NCBI GenBank assembly: GCA_002269645.1
Contig: NIVC01002388.1
Location: 32,762 to 96,761 of the forward strand
From: Macrostomum lignano
Taxonomy: Eukaryota
Direction: 5' to 3'
Length of the DNA stretch: 64,000 nucleotides
The notes under the pieces were generated by a model, which saw only the letters and a program-made list of their open reading frames with translations, had not been told where the DNA came from and searched no databases. Within the stretch, counting starts at the first letter, position 1. Each line of letters starts with the position of its first letter. Positions 23,789-35,237 of the stretch are shown here, piece after piece. The translations under genes were made by a program, and so were the position numbers.

Positions 23789-24801
23789 CAGTCCGCCACG
23801 CGGAGACCTCGGCGCCAGCGCCAGCAGCAGCAGCAATACAGCGGCGGAGGCGGCCGGGATTTGCACTTTTGCACCGCCTGTCGGCACGTCTTCTTTCGCC
23901 GCGTCGACTTCCTTCTGCACCGTCGGTCCGGCTCCGACTGTCGCAGTGTCGACGATGCAGACGACTTGGACGATGCCGAAGGTGCTCAGTGCGAATACTG
24001 CCTGGCCAGCTTCATCACCCAGACTGAGCTGTTGAGCCATCGCTTCGCCGAGCACGAGTCAAGCCACGTCTGGTGTCCGACCTGCGAGCTGCTTTTCAGC
24101 TCCAGGCTGATGTTCAGCCGCCACGTCGACTGCCATCGGGCTGTCGCAGCCGCCGCCGGGTCCGACGTCGCGCCCGGCCTCGACGAGTTGATCGCCGACT
24201 CGCACGAAGGTCACCGCCATTTTGCGCAGCGCCTGACCGTGTGCCGCTACTGCGAGTTCACCTGCCAGCAGGGCGCCGAACTCGCCGACCACGTCGAAAC
24301 TGAGCATGTCGACGACTCCACCTACTGGCTGGCGCCGTTGACTCAGCCCGACTGTCTGGACGCCTGGCTGCGATTCCTCGACTGCCGGGCCGGCTGCGGC
24401 GCCAGCGCGGCCGCCTGCGGCATCTGCGGCGACTGGATCCGACTGGGCGCCTCTGGCGACCCCGAGCCGCTGTTCCTCCATCTGCTGCGCTCGCACCACC
24501 CGGCCGAGCTGGCCGGCCGCGCCTTCCGCTGCGTCGCCTGCCCGGCCGCCAGCCACACGGCCGCCGCCGCCGCGTCGCATTTCTGGCTGTGCCACTGCCA
24601 GCGGCACCGAAACCGCTGCCCCCGCTGCTGCCGCATGGTGGCCCAGGGCGGCCGGCACAGCTGCCAGCATCGGTTGGCTGGCGACCGGCGGCTCTGTCTG
24701 GGCTGCGGTCGCGAGTTCGCGTCGCTTAGCGCCCTACGTCAGCACCGCCTGCGTCCCGGCGATCCTGCCGTGGCCGCGGCTTGTCGAGCGGCCGCCTCGA
24801 G
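23789..24801 (+). CDS. Multi-C2H2 zinc-finger protein, first visible coding exon (5' boundary uncertain)
   Basis: About eight C2H2-like motifs, e.g. CEYCLASFITQTELLSHRFAEH, CPTCELLFSSRLMFSRHVDCH, CRYCEFTCQQGAELADHVETEH. Donor AG|GTGCGT at 24801/24802 (phase 2). Candidate acceptors at 23754, 23757, 23760 and 23788. Confidence 0.8.
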
Positions 24802-24884
24802 GTGCGTAGCGTTGTGTGCAAGACAAAACAGCTAAGCCGGTCTTCCGCGTCCTTTTTGGATTCGCATGGAAGTCCCAATTGATA

Positions 24885-25195
24885 CCTTTTAATCCCACAA
24901 CCAGCGCTGAGGCAGCTCTGCCCATTCCTCTGACTCCTGAGCCAACACAACCAGCGCTGAGGCAGCTCTGCCCATTCCTCTGACTCCTGAGTACATACAA
25001 GCGCGCCAACACAGTACGCAGGCACGCGTACAGCGGTCCTGACTTTCGTATCGTCAGAAATGTACACTCTCTGTGCCTTGGGGGGGGGGGTTGGCCCTCA
25101 TGGTTGTAAATCGCACGACAGCCTCAAATAAATTTGTTTGCTCGCGGAATCGAACCAGGGCTCGCGATGCCAATAAGCTTTTAGCATGTTTTTCA
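24885..25195 (-). mobile_element. tRNA-derived SINE, copy 2, with an internal 50-bp tandem duplication
   Basis: B-box GGTTCGATTCC at 25146-25156; shared core AAGGCACAG..AGTGTACAT..CCGCTGTAC..GCCTGCGTAC..GGAATGGGCAG; duplication 24896-24945 / 24946-24991. Confidence 0.75.
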
Positions 25196-25215
25196 CCCCC
25201 TCTCCAATGTCGCAG

Positions 25216-25963
25216 GCCACGCCGAGTCAGAGCCTGCGAGCACTGCGGCCGGCGCTTCCTACACCGGGCCAACCTGTTGCGGCACCGGCGGATCCACGCA
25301 GCCAGCCGGCTCTACCGCTGCCCGCACTGCGCCTCGGCCTTCTCGGACGTCAGCAACCTGGCTAAACACGCCCGCTGCCGGCATCCGGGTAGGCCGCTGC
25401 TCACCTGCCACCTGTGCCGCCAGTTCGCCTGCGACCGCGTGCCGGAGATGCGCGCCCATCTGGCCCACTGCCACTCCGACAGCGTCTGTCCGGCCGACCT
25501 GCGCCGCGTTCTTCGATTCCTCGGCCTCGTTGCCGACGATGCCGCCGGCCGCAGCGCCGCCAACGCGTCAGCCGACGTTCCCGAGGGCGGCCGGGTGGCG
25601 CCGGTTCGCGAGCGCCGCTCCCGGATGTCGGCGAAACTCGCTGCCGCCGACAATCAGCTTTTACTAGCTGCTCAACCGACGGCATCGACAAAGACGACGG
25701 CCGCTATTGAAGCCGCCGTGGAGCGAAAGCGGCGAACTGCAACGGCCTACAGCATTGTGCAGATGGGCTGCGCCCTGACTGTGGTGGCCACTGAGCCGGC
25801 TGCGGCGCCAGCAGCTGCTTCTGCCACGGCGGCGGCGATGCCGACAGCATCTGGCGATGTCGACGGAGGTCGCCACGGCGAAGACGACACCAACGTCCAG
25901 TCGGACTTTGAAGGCAATCAGCGACAGACAACGAACTGGTTGACGCTGGAGGATTTAGATTGA
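25216..25963 (+). CDS. Multi-C2H2 zinc-finger protein, terminal exon
   Basis: tgtcgcag|G acceptor in phase 2; CEHCGRRFLHRANLLRHRRIH, CPHCASAFSDVSNLAKHARCRH, CHLC...HLAHCH. Confidence 0.85.
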
Positions 25964-26133
25964 ATTGTATTTATTTTGTGCGCAACATTTACTGATGGAA
26001 TTTGGTAAACTACGTAATTTTTGCATTTTTAACTGTCGCATTTTTTAACTGACTGACTGGTTGAGCTTCGCTTCATAAAATATAAATGCTTCGTTTTTAT
26101 GTTGTGCTGCATTGTTACTTTGATATGGTTCAG

Positions 26134-26243
26134 GAAGGCCAGTTCCAGTGGGGAATCAGAGCGGGGAGGCCAGTTCCAGCGGGGAATCAGAGCGGGAGGC
26201 CAGTTCCGGTGGGGAATCAAAAGAGATAAGTCAGTTCCAGCGG
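26134..26243. repeat. About 3.5 copies of a 30-31 bp unit (AGGCCAGTTCCAGCGGGGAATCAGAGCGGGG)
   Basis: Direct reading. Confidence 0.8.
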
Positions 26244-26264
26244 TCGCACAATTCTTTCCTGCAG

Positions 26265-27050
26265 TCCTCGGTGGGCCGCGGCAAGCTTCAACATCGTCGC
26301 CGACGCCCGCTGGCCGCTCCAGTCGGTACATTGTCGCCGAAAGCGGCGGTAATTTCTATGAAATCGCCAGCCCCGGGCAGGGAAGTCCGACTGCAGTTTC
26401 GCTACTATCTGGGCGCTCACCTGGCCTCCGTCGGGATGCGCCACCAGGACACCCTGTTGAATCGGACTCTGACGGAGCGGCCGCTGCCTCAGCCGCCGAT
26501 GCTGTCGCCTCGCCCGCCAACCACCGCCGTCATCAGGGACCACGCCCAGCTGCAGCCGCCAGCCGCGTCGCCCGATTCTCTCGATCCGCTGACCCAGCAG
26601 GGCATTGTCACCCTGGTGCTCATAGTCAGCCTGTGCACTGTGCTCATGCTGGTATTCTGGAAATTTGTCCGGCATCACAAAGACTTGGCTCTGGAGCGGC
26701 ACCTACAGCTGATCGAGCGGGTCCGCTTCCAGCAGGCCCTGCAGGCCCGGCTCCGCTGCTGCGCTGTCGATTTTGACCTCGTCGGACTGGACGGCGTCGG
26801 CGGCGGTAGCGGTGGCACGGCTAACGGCGACTTCAGCCGCCGCCTGCTGCCGCCGCTCCGCTTCTCCGCAGCCACCGCATTCTCATCGTCACTGTTCGAT
26901 TCGCCCTACCGACTGCCGCCTCCGCCGTCGCCGCCGCCGCCCTACGACGTATCGGAGGCGTCGGCCTTTTGCATCGACGGGGGCGGCGGTGCCAGGGGCC
27001 GGCCGGCGCCGCCCGTCAGTCAGTCACCGCCACCGCCGTACACGGCCTGA
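26265..27050 (+). CDS. Single-pass membrane protein with a Pro-rich tail and two PPxY motifs
   Basis: Acceptor attctttcctgcag|TCC is in frame; first Met at 26358; TM GIVTLVLIVSLCTVLMLVFW; PPPPYD and C-terminal PPPPYTA; GC3-rich codons. Confidence 0.75.
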   Translation, partial: SSVGRGKLQHRRRRPLAAPVGTLSPKAAVISMKSPAPGREVRLQFRYYLGAHLASVGMRHQDTLLNRTLTERPLPQPPMLSPRPPTTAVIRDHAQLQPPAASPDSLDPLTQQGIVTLVLIVSLCTVLMLVFWKFVRHHKDLALERHLQLIERVRFQQALQARLRCCAVDFDLVGLDGVGGGSGGTANGDFSRRLLPPLRFSAATAFSSSLFDSPYRLPPPPSPPPPYDVSEASAFCIDGGGGARGRPAPPVSQSPPPPYTA

Positions 27051-27197
27051 CCGGGTGGAGCTGTTTGACTCAGATGTGTGAAGTTTGCTATGGCACTCTG
27101 TGCTTGTTCTGTGTTTATTCACATTAGCCAAGCTGTGGGCTTGGCAGGTCCCGGGTTTTGTGCAGCCTGACGAATTGGCCAGGCAGTTGGACACTGA

Positions 27198-28425
27198 GGC
27201 AGACAGACTCTAAGACAGACTCTAAGACAGACAGAGTCAAGGACCGAGCCAGACACAGAGACAGACACTGAGATAGGCTCTAAGACAGATACCGAGACAG
27301 ACACTGATACAGACACTAAGACAGACACTAATGCAGATACGGAGACAGACACCACGACAAACACCGAGACAGACACCACGACAGACACTAAGACAGACAC
27401 TGATACAGACACTAAGACAGACACTAATGCAGATACGGAGACAGACACCACGACAGACACCGAGACAGACACCACGACAGACACTAAGACAGACACCGAG
27501 ACAGACACTAAGACAGACACAGAGATAGATACCGAGACAGACACTGAGACAGACATAGAGACAGACACTGAGATAGGCTCTAAGACAGATACCGAGACAG
27601 ACACTGATACAGACACTAAGACAGACACTAATGCAGATACGGAGACAGACACCGAGACAGACACTGAGACAGACACAGAGACAGACACCGAGACAGACAC
27701 CGAGACAGACACTGAGACAGACACAGAGATAGACACCGAGACAGACACTGAGACAGACACAGAGATAGACACTGAGACAGACACTGAGACAGACACAGAG
27801 ATAGACACCGAGACAGACACTGATACAGACACTAAGACAGACACTAATGCAGATACGGAGACAGACACCACGACAGACACCGAGACAGACACCGAGACAG
27901 ACACTAAGACAGACACAGAGATAGATACCGAGACAGACACTGAGACAGACATAGAGACAGACACTGAGATAGGCTCTAAGACAGATACCGAGACAGACAC
28001 TGATACAGACACTAAGACAGACACTAATGCAGATACGGAGACAGACACCACGACAAACACCGAGACAGACACCACGACAGACACTAAGACAGACACCGAG
28101 ACAGACACTAAGACAGACACAGAGAGAGACACCGAGACAGACACTAAGACAGACACTAATGCAGATACGGAGACAGACACCGAGACAGACACCGAGACAG
28201 ACACTGAGACAGACACAGAGATAGACACCGAGACAGACACTGAGACAGACACAGGGAGAGACAACGCGACAGACACAGAGACAGACACCGAGACAGACAC
28301 CGAGACAGACACTGAGACAGACACTGAGACAGACACTGAGATAGACACTGAGACACTGACACTGAGACAGACACCGAGACACAGACACTGAGACAGACAT
28401 AGAGACAGACTCTGCGAGCGCGTAA
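27198..28425. repeat. GACA-based 12-bp repeat (GAGACAGACAC[T/C]) with larger duplicated blocks
   Basis: Direct reading; the gagataggctctaag-containing block recurs three times. Confidence 0.93.
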
Positions 28426-29084
28426 GACAGCCTCTGCGGCAGACACCGAGCCAGACGCAGAGCGTAATAAGGTTTGCAAAAAAATATAATCATAAACTGT
28501 TTCGTATCGATCGTGCATATTTTAAGAACGAAGAAACTACTTATTTCGATCTGTGCGTATCCTTTGCTGTTGTGCACTAGAAATTGAGTTTTTTAAAACA
28601 TTTTATACTGCACCTTATTGCGATAGCTTGTTGCGGATGTTTAACTAAGCGCAGAAGTTTTTTATGTAAAGTATTTACAGTTATTTTAGTATTTCAATGA
28701 TTCGAATAGGCGGTAGTCTCTTCTTATCAGCTTTGGTTGGATTTACCCAATGCTTCACGAAAATTATTCATCTTTTTTGAGTACTGAACGTCGGCATTTA
28801 CACCGTTGAACTCTGCCCGTTAATTACATTGGACAGTTGATTAATTAATAAAACAAATTCATTTTCTATTATTTTACTGCACAGAATCTTATGGGATAAT
28901 GTATTGTAAATTTTACATCTATATATTCTTCGTGCGAGATGCGCATTGCTGTTGTAAATAATGTTTTATCATGTAATAAATTCAATATCATGCAGCGGCA
29001 TTCTTGCTTTTAAGTTGCTTTGCTTATTTCAAAGAATTGGAAATTGTCAGCTTAAAATATGATCTATGTTATCTCATCTCTGGT

Positions 29085-30035
29085 CTTACTCTAATCCCGC
29101 TCTAATGTTAATCTAATCTCACCCTGATCTCATTCTGATTACACTCTAATCTCATTCTGATCTCACCCTGTTGTTTCTCTAATCTCAACCTAATCTCACT
29201 CTGATCTCGCTCTAATCTCACCCTGATCTCAATATAATCTCACCTATTCTCACTCTAATCTCACCCTGATCTCACTATAATCTCACCCTGGTCTCACTCT
29301 TATCTCACCATGATCTCACCATGATCTCACTATAATCTCATTCTGGTCTCATTCTAATTATACTCGAATCTCATTCTGATCTCATACTGATTACACTCTA
29401 ATCTCATTCTGATCTCACCCTGTTGTTTCTCTAATCTCAACCTAATCTTACTCTGATCTCGCTCTAATCTCACCATGATCTCATTATATTCTCACCATGG
29501 TTTCACTCTAATCTCACCCTGATCTCATTATAATCTCACTCTAATCTCACCCTGATCTCACTATAATCTCACCCTGGTCTCACTCTAATCTCACCATGAT
29601 CTCACTATAATCTCATTCTGGTCTCATTCTAATTATACTCGAATCTCATTCTGATCTCATTCTGATTACACTCTAATCTCATTCTGATCTCACCCTGTTG
29701 TTTCTCTAATCTCAACCTAATCTTACTCTGATCTCGCTCTAATCTCACCCTGATCTCACTATAATCTCACCATGGTTTCACTCTAATCTCACCCTGATCT
29801 CACTATAATCTCACCCTAGTCTCACTCTAATCTCACCCTGATCTCACTATAATCTCACCCTGGTCTCACTCTAATCTCACCCTGATCTCACTATAATCTC
29901 ATTCTGGTCTCATTCTAATTATACTCGAATCTCATTCTGTTCTCACCCTGATCTCAACCTGATCTCACCCTAATCTCACTTGTATTTCGCTCTGATCTCA
30001 CCCTAATCTCACTTGTATTTCGCTCTGATCTTGCT
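29085..30035. repeat. Degenerate 11-bp repeat (CTAATCTCACC / CTGATCTCACT) with higher-order blocks of about 250-275 bp
   Basis: Marker ccctgttgtttctctaatctcaacc occurs three times (about 29166, 29418, 29692). Confidence 0.9.
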
Positions 30036-30185
30036 TTGACATCACCTTGACTTTACTCTGATCGCACTGTGTTTGCTATCTGATCTCTGGAAATCCTATC
30101 TCTCTAAGTAGCCCAATTTCAGAAAGCCACCATAACTGAAGGCCTTATTAAATCGCTTGCATGTAGCTGCATCTGGCTGCCAGTC

Positions 30186-30637
30186 ATGCCCCAGTCTACA
30201 TCGTTCAGCTTCCTATTTGGTGCTTCATCAGCGGCCATAATCTTGTCAACGTCAGATTGCTCAGCCCTAATCAGCCTCGGCAGTGACGAGCAGCTGTGCG
30301 CCTGGTCGGCCTGGGCCGCCTGCCCCCAGTGCAAAACAGTGCGCACCCGCGCCTGCCGCTGTTCCGCTGCCGCTCCGCCATCGCCGCCACCTGTAGGATT
30401 CGGTCTGCAGGCCACTACGGTTGCGCCAGCTGAGCCTTCCAGCTGTCCAGCCGGCGTCATCCAGGGCGGCGAGTGCCCCAGCGATCCGGCCGCCTGTTTC
30501 TACGCTGGCTCATCGTCGGGCATCCTGACGCTGGGCCTGTCGCTGCTGTTTCTGAGCTGCATCCTGCTGGTCTGGCTGAAGATGCGGCGGGGGATCGCCG
30601 GCGGCGCCCCGGCTCGGCGAGCCGCCATGATGAGCAG
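30186..30637 (+). CDS. Type I membrane protein with a TSP1-like module, exon 1
   Basis: Hydrophobic N-terminus; CAWSAWAACPQCKTVRTRAC resembles a thrombospondin type-1 repeat; TM GILTLGLSLLFLSCILLVWL; donor AG|GTGAGG, phase 2. Confidence 0.78.
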
Positions 30638-30661
30638 GTGAGGCGCTGAATTTTCTGTCCC

Positions 30662-30689
30662 AGTCTGTCTTAGTGTCTGTATGTCTGTA

Positions 30690-30744
<55 letters not shown>

Positions 30745-30893
30745 ATGTTCGTCTGTCTGTCTGTCTGTCTGTCTGTATGTCTGTCTGTATGTCTGTATGT
30801 CTGTATGTCTGTCTGTATGTCTGTCTGTCTGTCTGTATGTCTGTCTTAGTGTCTGTCTTAGTGTCTGTCTGTCTGTATGTCTGTCTGTCTTAG

Positions 30894-30936
<43 letters not shown>

Positions 30937-31190
30937 AATGTCTGTCTGTCTGTCTGTATGTCTGTATGTCTGTCTGTCTGTATGTCTGTCTGTCTGTCTG
31001 TCTGTATGTCTGTATGTCTGTCTGTATGTCTGTCTGTATGTCTGTCTGTCTGTATGTCTGTCTGTCTGTATGTCTGTCTGTCTGTATGTCTGTATGTCTG
31101 TCTGTATGTCTGTCTGTCTGTATGTCTGTCTGTCCGTCTGTATGTCTGTCTGTATGTCTGTCTGTCTGCCTGCCTGTCTGTATTCTGTAT
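30662..31190. repeat. (CTGT)n/(CTGTATGT)n intronic microsatellite
   Basis: Direct reading. Confidence 0.96.
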
Positions 31191-31278
31191 GCCTAGCTTC
31201 TATACTAGACCCAACTCCCTGTTCGGCATTCGAACCTCTATCGCTTTTATTATTTCATTATTTCTACAAAACTGACAG

Positions 31279-31681
31279 CTCCCGGCACTCTGCTGCGCTC
31301 AACGCCATGTCTATCCCGCCGATTTCAACTGGCGCGGCCGTCCGCGCCCCCGCGCCAGCTTACGACGCTCCGCCCTCTTACATCGAGTGCGTCCTGGACT
31401 CCGGCTCCGGCCCAGCCGCCGCGGCCGCCCCTGGCCCGGGGCCGGACGACCTGCCCCCAGACTACGAGGAGGCCGTGGCCCGTTTCAAGCGCGAAGTTCA
31501 ATTTTCAACACAGCGATGCCCAGCGCAGCATTGTCTTGGCGGCGGCGATAATTGCGCTTTTGTTGGCGATGATTCTGTGGTGGATCATCTGGCTGCTGAT
31601 GCCGCCGTTGACGATGGCACTGATGATGCTGGTGCCGGTTCAGACACTGATAGGGCGGGGAACACTGTGCCGCAGGCCTGA
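31279..31681 (+). CDS. TSP1-like membrane protein, exon 2 (cytoplasmic tail with PY motifs)
   Basis: actgacag|C acceptor in phase 2; APPSYIECV and [10 protein letters not shown]; spliced CDS 855 nt, 284 aa. Confidence 0.78.
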
Positions 31682-31699
31682 TGGTGCTTATGAGAATCA

Positions 31700-33492
31700 T
31701 CAGATTGAATCCAGATTGTGATCAGATGGAATCTAGACTGTAATCAGATGGAATCCTAGATTGTGATAAGATGGAGTCTAGATTGTGATCAGATGGAATC
31801 TAGATTGTGATCAGATGGAATCCTAGATTGTGATCAGATGGAGTCTAGATTGTGATCAGATGGAATCTAGATTGTGATCAGATGGAATCTAGATTGTGAT
31901 CAGATGGAATCTAGACTGTGATCAGATGGAATCCTAGATTGTAATCAGATGGAATCTAGATTGTGATCAGATGGAATCCTAGATTGTAATCAGATGGAAT
32001 CTAGATTGTGATCAGATGGAATCCTAGATTGTGATCAGATAGGATCTAGATTGTGATCAGATGGAATCCTAGATTGTGATCAGATAGGATCTAGATTGTG
32101 ATCAGATAGGATCTAGATTGTGATCAGATAGAATCTAGATTGTGATCAGATAGGATCTAGATTGTGATCAGATAGGATCTAGATTGTGATCAGATGGAAT
32201 CCTAGATTGTGATCAGATGGAATCCTAGATTGTGATCAGATAGGATCTGGATTGTGATCAGATAGAATCTAGATTGTGATCAGATGGAATCTAGACTGTG
32301 ATCAGATGGAATCCTAGATTGTGATCAGATGGAATCCTAGATTGTGATCAGATAGGATCTAGATTGTGATCAGATAGAATCTAGATTGTGATCAGATGGA
32401 ATCTAGACTGTGATCAGATGGAATCCTAGATTGTGATCAGATAGGATCTAGATTGTGATCAGATAGAATCTAGATTGTGATCAGATGGAATCCTAGATTG
32501 TGATCAGATGGAATCTAGATTGTGATCAGATGGAATCTAGATTGTGATCAGATGGAATCTAGATTGTGATCAGATGAAATCTAGATTGTGATCAGATAGG
32601 ATCTAGATTGTGATCAGATAGGATCTAGATTGTAATCAGATGGGATCTAGATTGTAATCAGATGGGATCTAGATTGTGATCAGATGGGATCTAGATTGTG
32701 ATCAGATGGAATCCTAGATTGTGATCAGATGGAATCTAGATTGTGATCAGATGGGATCTAGATTGTGATCAGATGGAGTCTAGATTGTGATCAGATGGAG
32801 TCTAGATTGTGATCAGATGGAATCTAGATTGTGATCAGATGGAATCTAGATTGTAATCAGATGGAATCCTAGATTGTGATCAGATAGGATCTAGATTGTG
32901 ATCAGATAGGATCTAGATTGTGATCAGATAGGATCTAGATTGTGATCAGATGGAATCCTAGATTGTGATCAGATAGGATCTAGATTGTGATCAGATAGGA
33001 TCTAGATTGTGATCAGATAGGATCTAGATTGTGATCAGATGGAATCCTAGATTGTGATCAGATGGAATCCTAGATTGTGATCAGATGGAATCCTAGATTG
33101 TGATCAGATGGAATCCTAGATTGTGATCAGATAGGATCTAGATTGTGATCAGATAGGATCTAGATTGTAATCAGATGGAATCCTAGATTGTGATCAGATA
33201 GGATCTAGATTGTGATCAGATAGGATCTAGATTGTGATCAGATAGGATCTAGATTGTGATCAGATGGAATCCTAGATTGTGATCAGATTGAATCCTAGAT
33301 TGTGATCAGATGGAATCCTAGATTGTGATCAGATGGAATCCTAGATTGTGATCAGATTGAATCCTAGATTGTGATCAGATGGAATCCTAGATTGTGATCA
33401 GATGGAATCCTAGATTGTGATCAGATTGAATCCTAGATTGTGATCAGATGGATCACAATGATCAGATGATCAGATGGATTTAGATTGTGATT
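31700..33492. repeat. 22/23-bp minisatellite GATCAGATGGAAT(C)CTAGATTGT, about 80 units
   Basis: Direct reading; variants GATAGGATCTAG and GAATCCTAG. Confidence 0.97.
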
Positions 33493-34384
33493 TAGAATTT
33501 AACATATGCCAGGCTGACTAGCCAAAATATTTGTTTATCACTCCAAAGTCAGTTTTCCCAACAGTTTATTCCCATTTTGAACCTGTGCCATGTAAATAAA
33601 TCAGATATTATAAAATATCCGCTGCAATCGAAACGTTTAGCCGCTCAAATTTCTCGGCTTTTGTTGCCTGAAATGCTTGGCTTACTCCGTATCGAATAAT
33701 TCTGTGCTTCAATACCTTCGAAAACAGCAGGTTTCTATAATTCCACCGCAGTAAATGTTTTGTAATAATCTTAATTAGCCTAATTTTGTCAAAGAATACT
33801 ATCAGCGCTGTGAACTGATGCGGGTGCTGCATTACGCTGTCATTCTTCTCATACTTTGCTAGCTTTTGTTGGTGATTGCTAATTTTAGCTTTTTTGCTTG
33901 ATTTTCCGCTTTTATCTAAGTTCCATGGTGTGTGTAAAATGCATTGTACATACCAGTACATAACTTACTCGAGTCTAAAGCAATATTTTATTGCTGTCAT
34001 AGCAACTAATCTTCAAATGCCTTACGCCTTATCCTTGCACGTATCAGTCAACTAAATTTCTGGGTAGCTTTTTGAAGTGTCAGCTGTGGCTTTGTATTGT
34101 TCGACTTTTACAACAAGCGCTTAGACTCATCTCTTGTCGTCTTGTTTTTGGCGGTTTAGTTGTTGAAGAGAAATCTTTTTCCAATTTTTTTGTTTTCAAT
34201 TTGCAGTGTCTTAAAACTCCTAGCGAGTGTCTTGCCGCTGTCTTTGCCATTTCTAGTTGTTGGGTGGCTGTTTGAAGTAGAAACCATTGTGTCGGACTGT
34301 TATGTTGTCAGCCATGATCTTGTCAGCGATTATGTCAGCTATGTTGTTGACAGTAATTTTGTCACCGATGATTGTGCCAGATTC

Positions 34385-35115
34385 TGACTTTAATCAGTGA
34401 TGGTTTCGTCGGACATTTTTAGTGCTGTCAGTGATGATCTTGTCTGAGATTTTGTCAGCAATAGTCTTGTCAGATTGTGTCAGTGATGATCTTGTCTGAG
34501 ATTCTGTCAGCGATGATCTTGTCTGAGATTCTGTCAGCAATAGTCTTGTCAGATTGTGTCAGTGATGATCTTGTCTGAGATTCTGTCAGCGATGGTCTTT
34601 TAAGAGATTCTGTCAGTAATTGTCTTGTCAGATATTCTGTCAGGAATGGTCTTGTCAGAGATTCTGTCGGGAATGGTCTTGTCAGAGATTCTGTCAGTAA
34701 TTGTCTTGTCAGATTGTGTCAGTGATGATCTTGTCAGATATTCTGTTAGGAATGGTCTTGTCAGAGATTCTGTCGGGAATGGTCTTGTCAGAGATTCTGT
34801 CAGTAATTGTCTTGTCAGAGATTCTGTCAGTAATTGTCTTGTCAGAGATTCTGTCAGCGATGGTCTTGTCAGAGATTCTGTCAGGAATGGTCTTGTCAGA
34901 GATTCTGTCAGTAATTGTCTTGTCAGAGATTCTGTCAGCGATGGTCTTGTCAGAGATTCTGTCAGGAATGGTCTTGTCAGAGATTCTGTCAGGAATGGTC
35001 TTGTCAGAGATTCTGTCAGGAATGGTCTTGTCAGAGATTCTGTCAGCGATGGTCTTGTCAGAGATTCTGTCAGGAATGGTCTTGTCAGAGATTCTGTCAG
35101 TTGTTATTTAGTCAG
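34385..35115. repeat. 27-bp minisatellite CTTGTCAGAGATTCTGTCAGGAATGGT
   Basis: Direct reading; more degenerate at the left end. Confidence 0.93.
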
Positions 35116-35237
35116 AGTCATTCTAATATCTTTATTCGCGCGATTCCAGTGTCACTGAACGAGACATCCGCACAGTGGGCCCAGCCAGTTCATAGCCGGG
35201 GTCGCTCACTGCCAGCAGTTGAACCCTGATCAGCGCT

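Noticed and set aside
30119-30460. Minus-strand ORF overlapping the TSP1-like gene, plus other antisense ORFs over GC-rich exons
   Set aside because: Shadow ORFs of GC3-rich coding sequence. The + strand has motifs and phase-consistent splice sites.
33993-34006. Second X-box-like motif (GCTGTCATAGCAAC) upstream of ALS2
   Set aside because: Mismatch in the conserved GT of the left half-site, and no supporting context.
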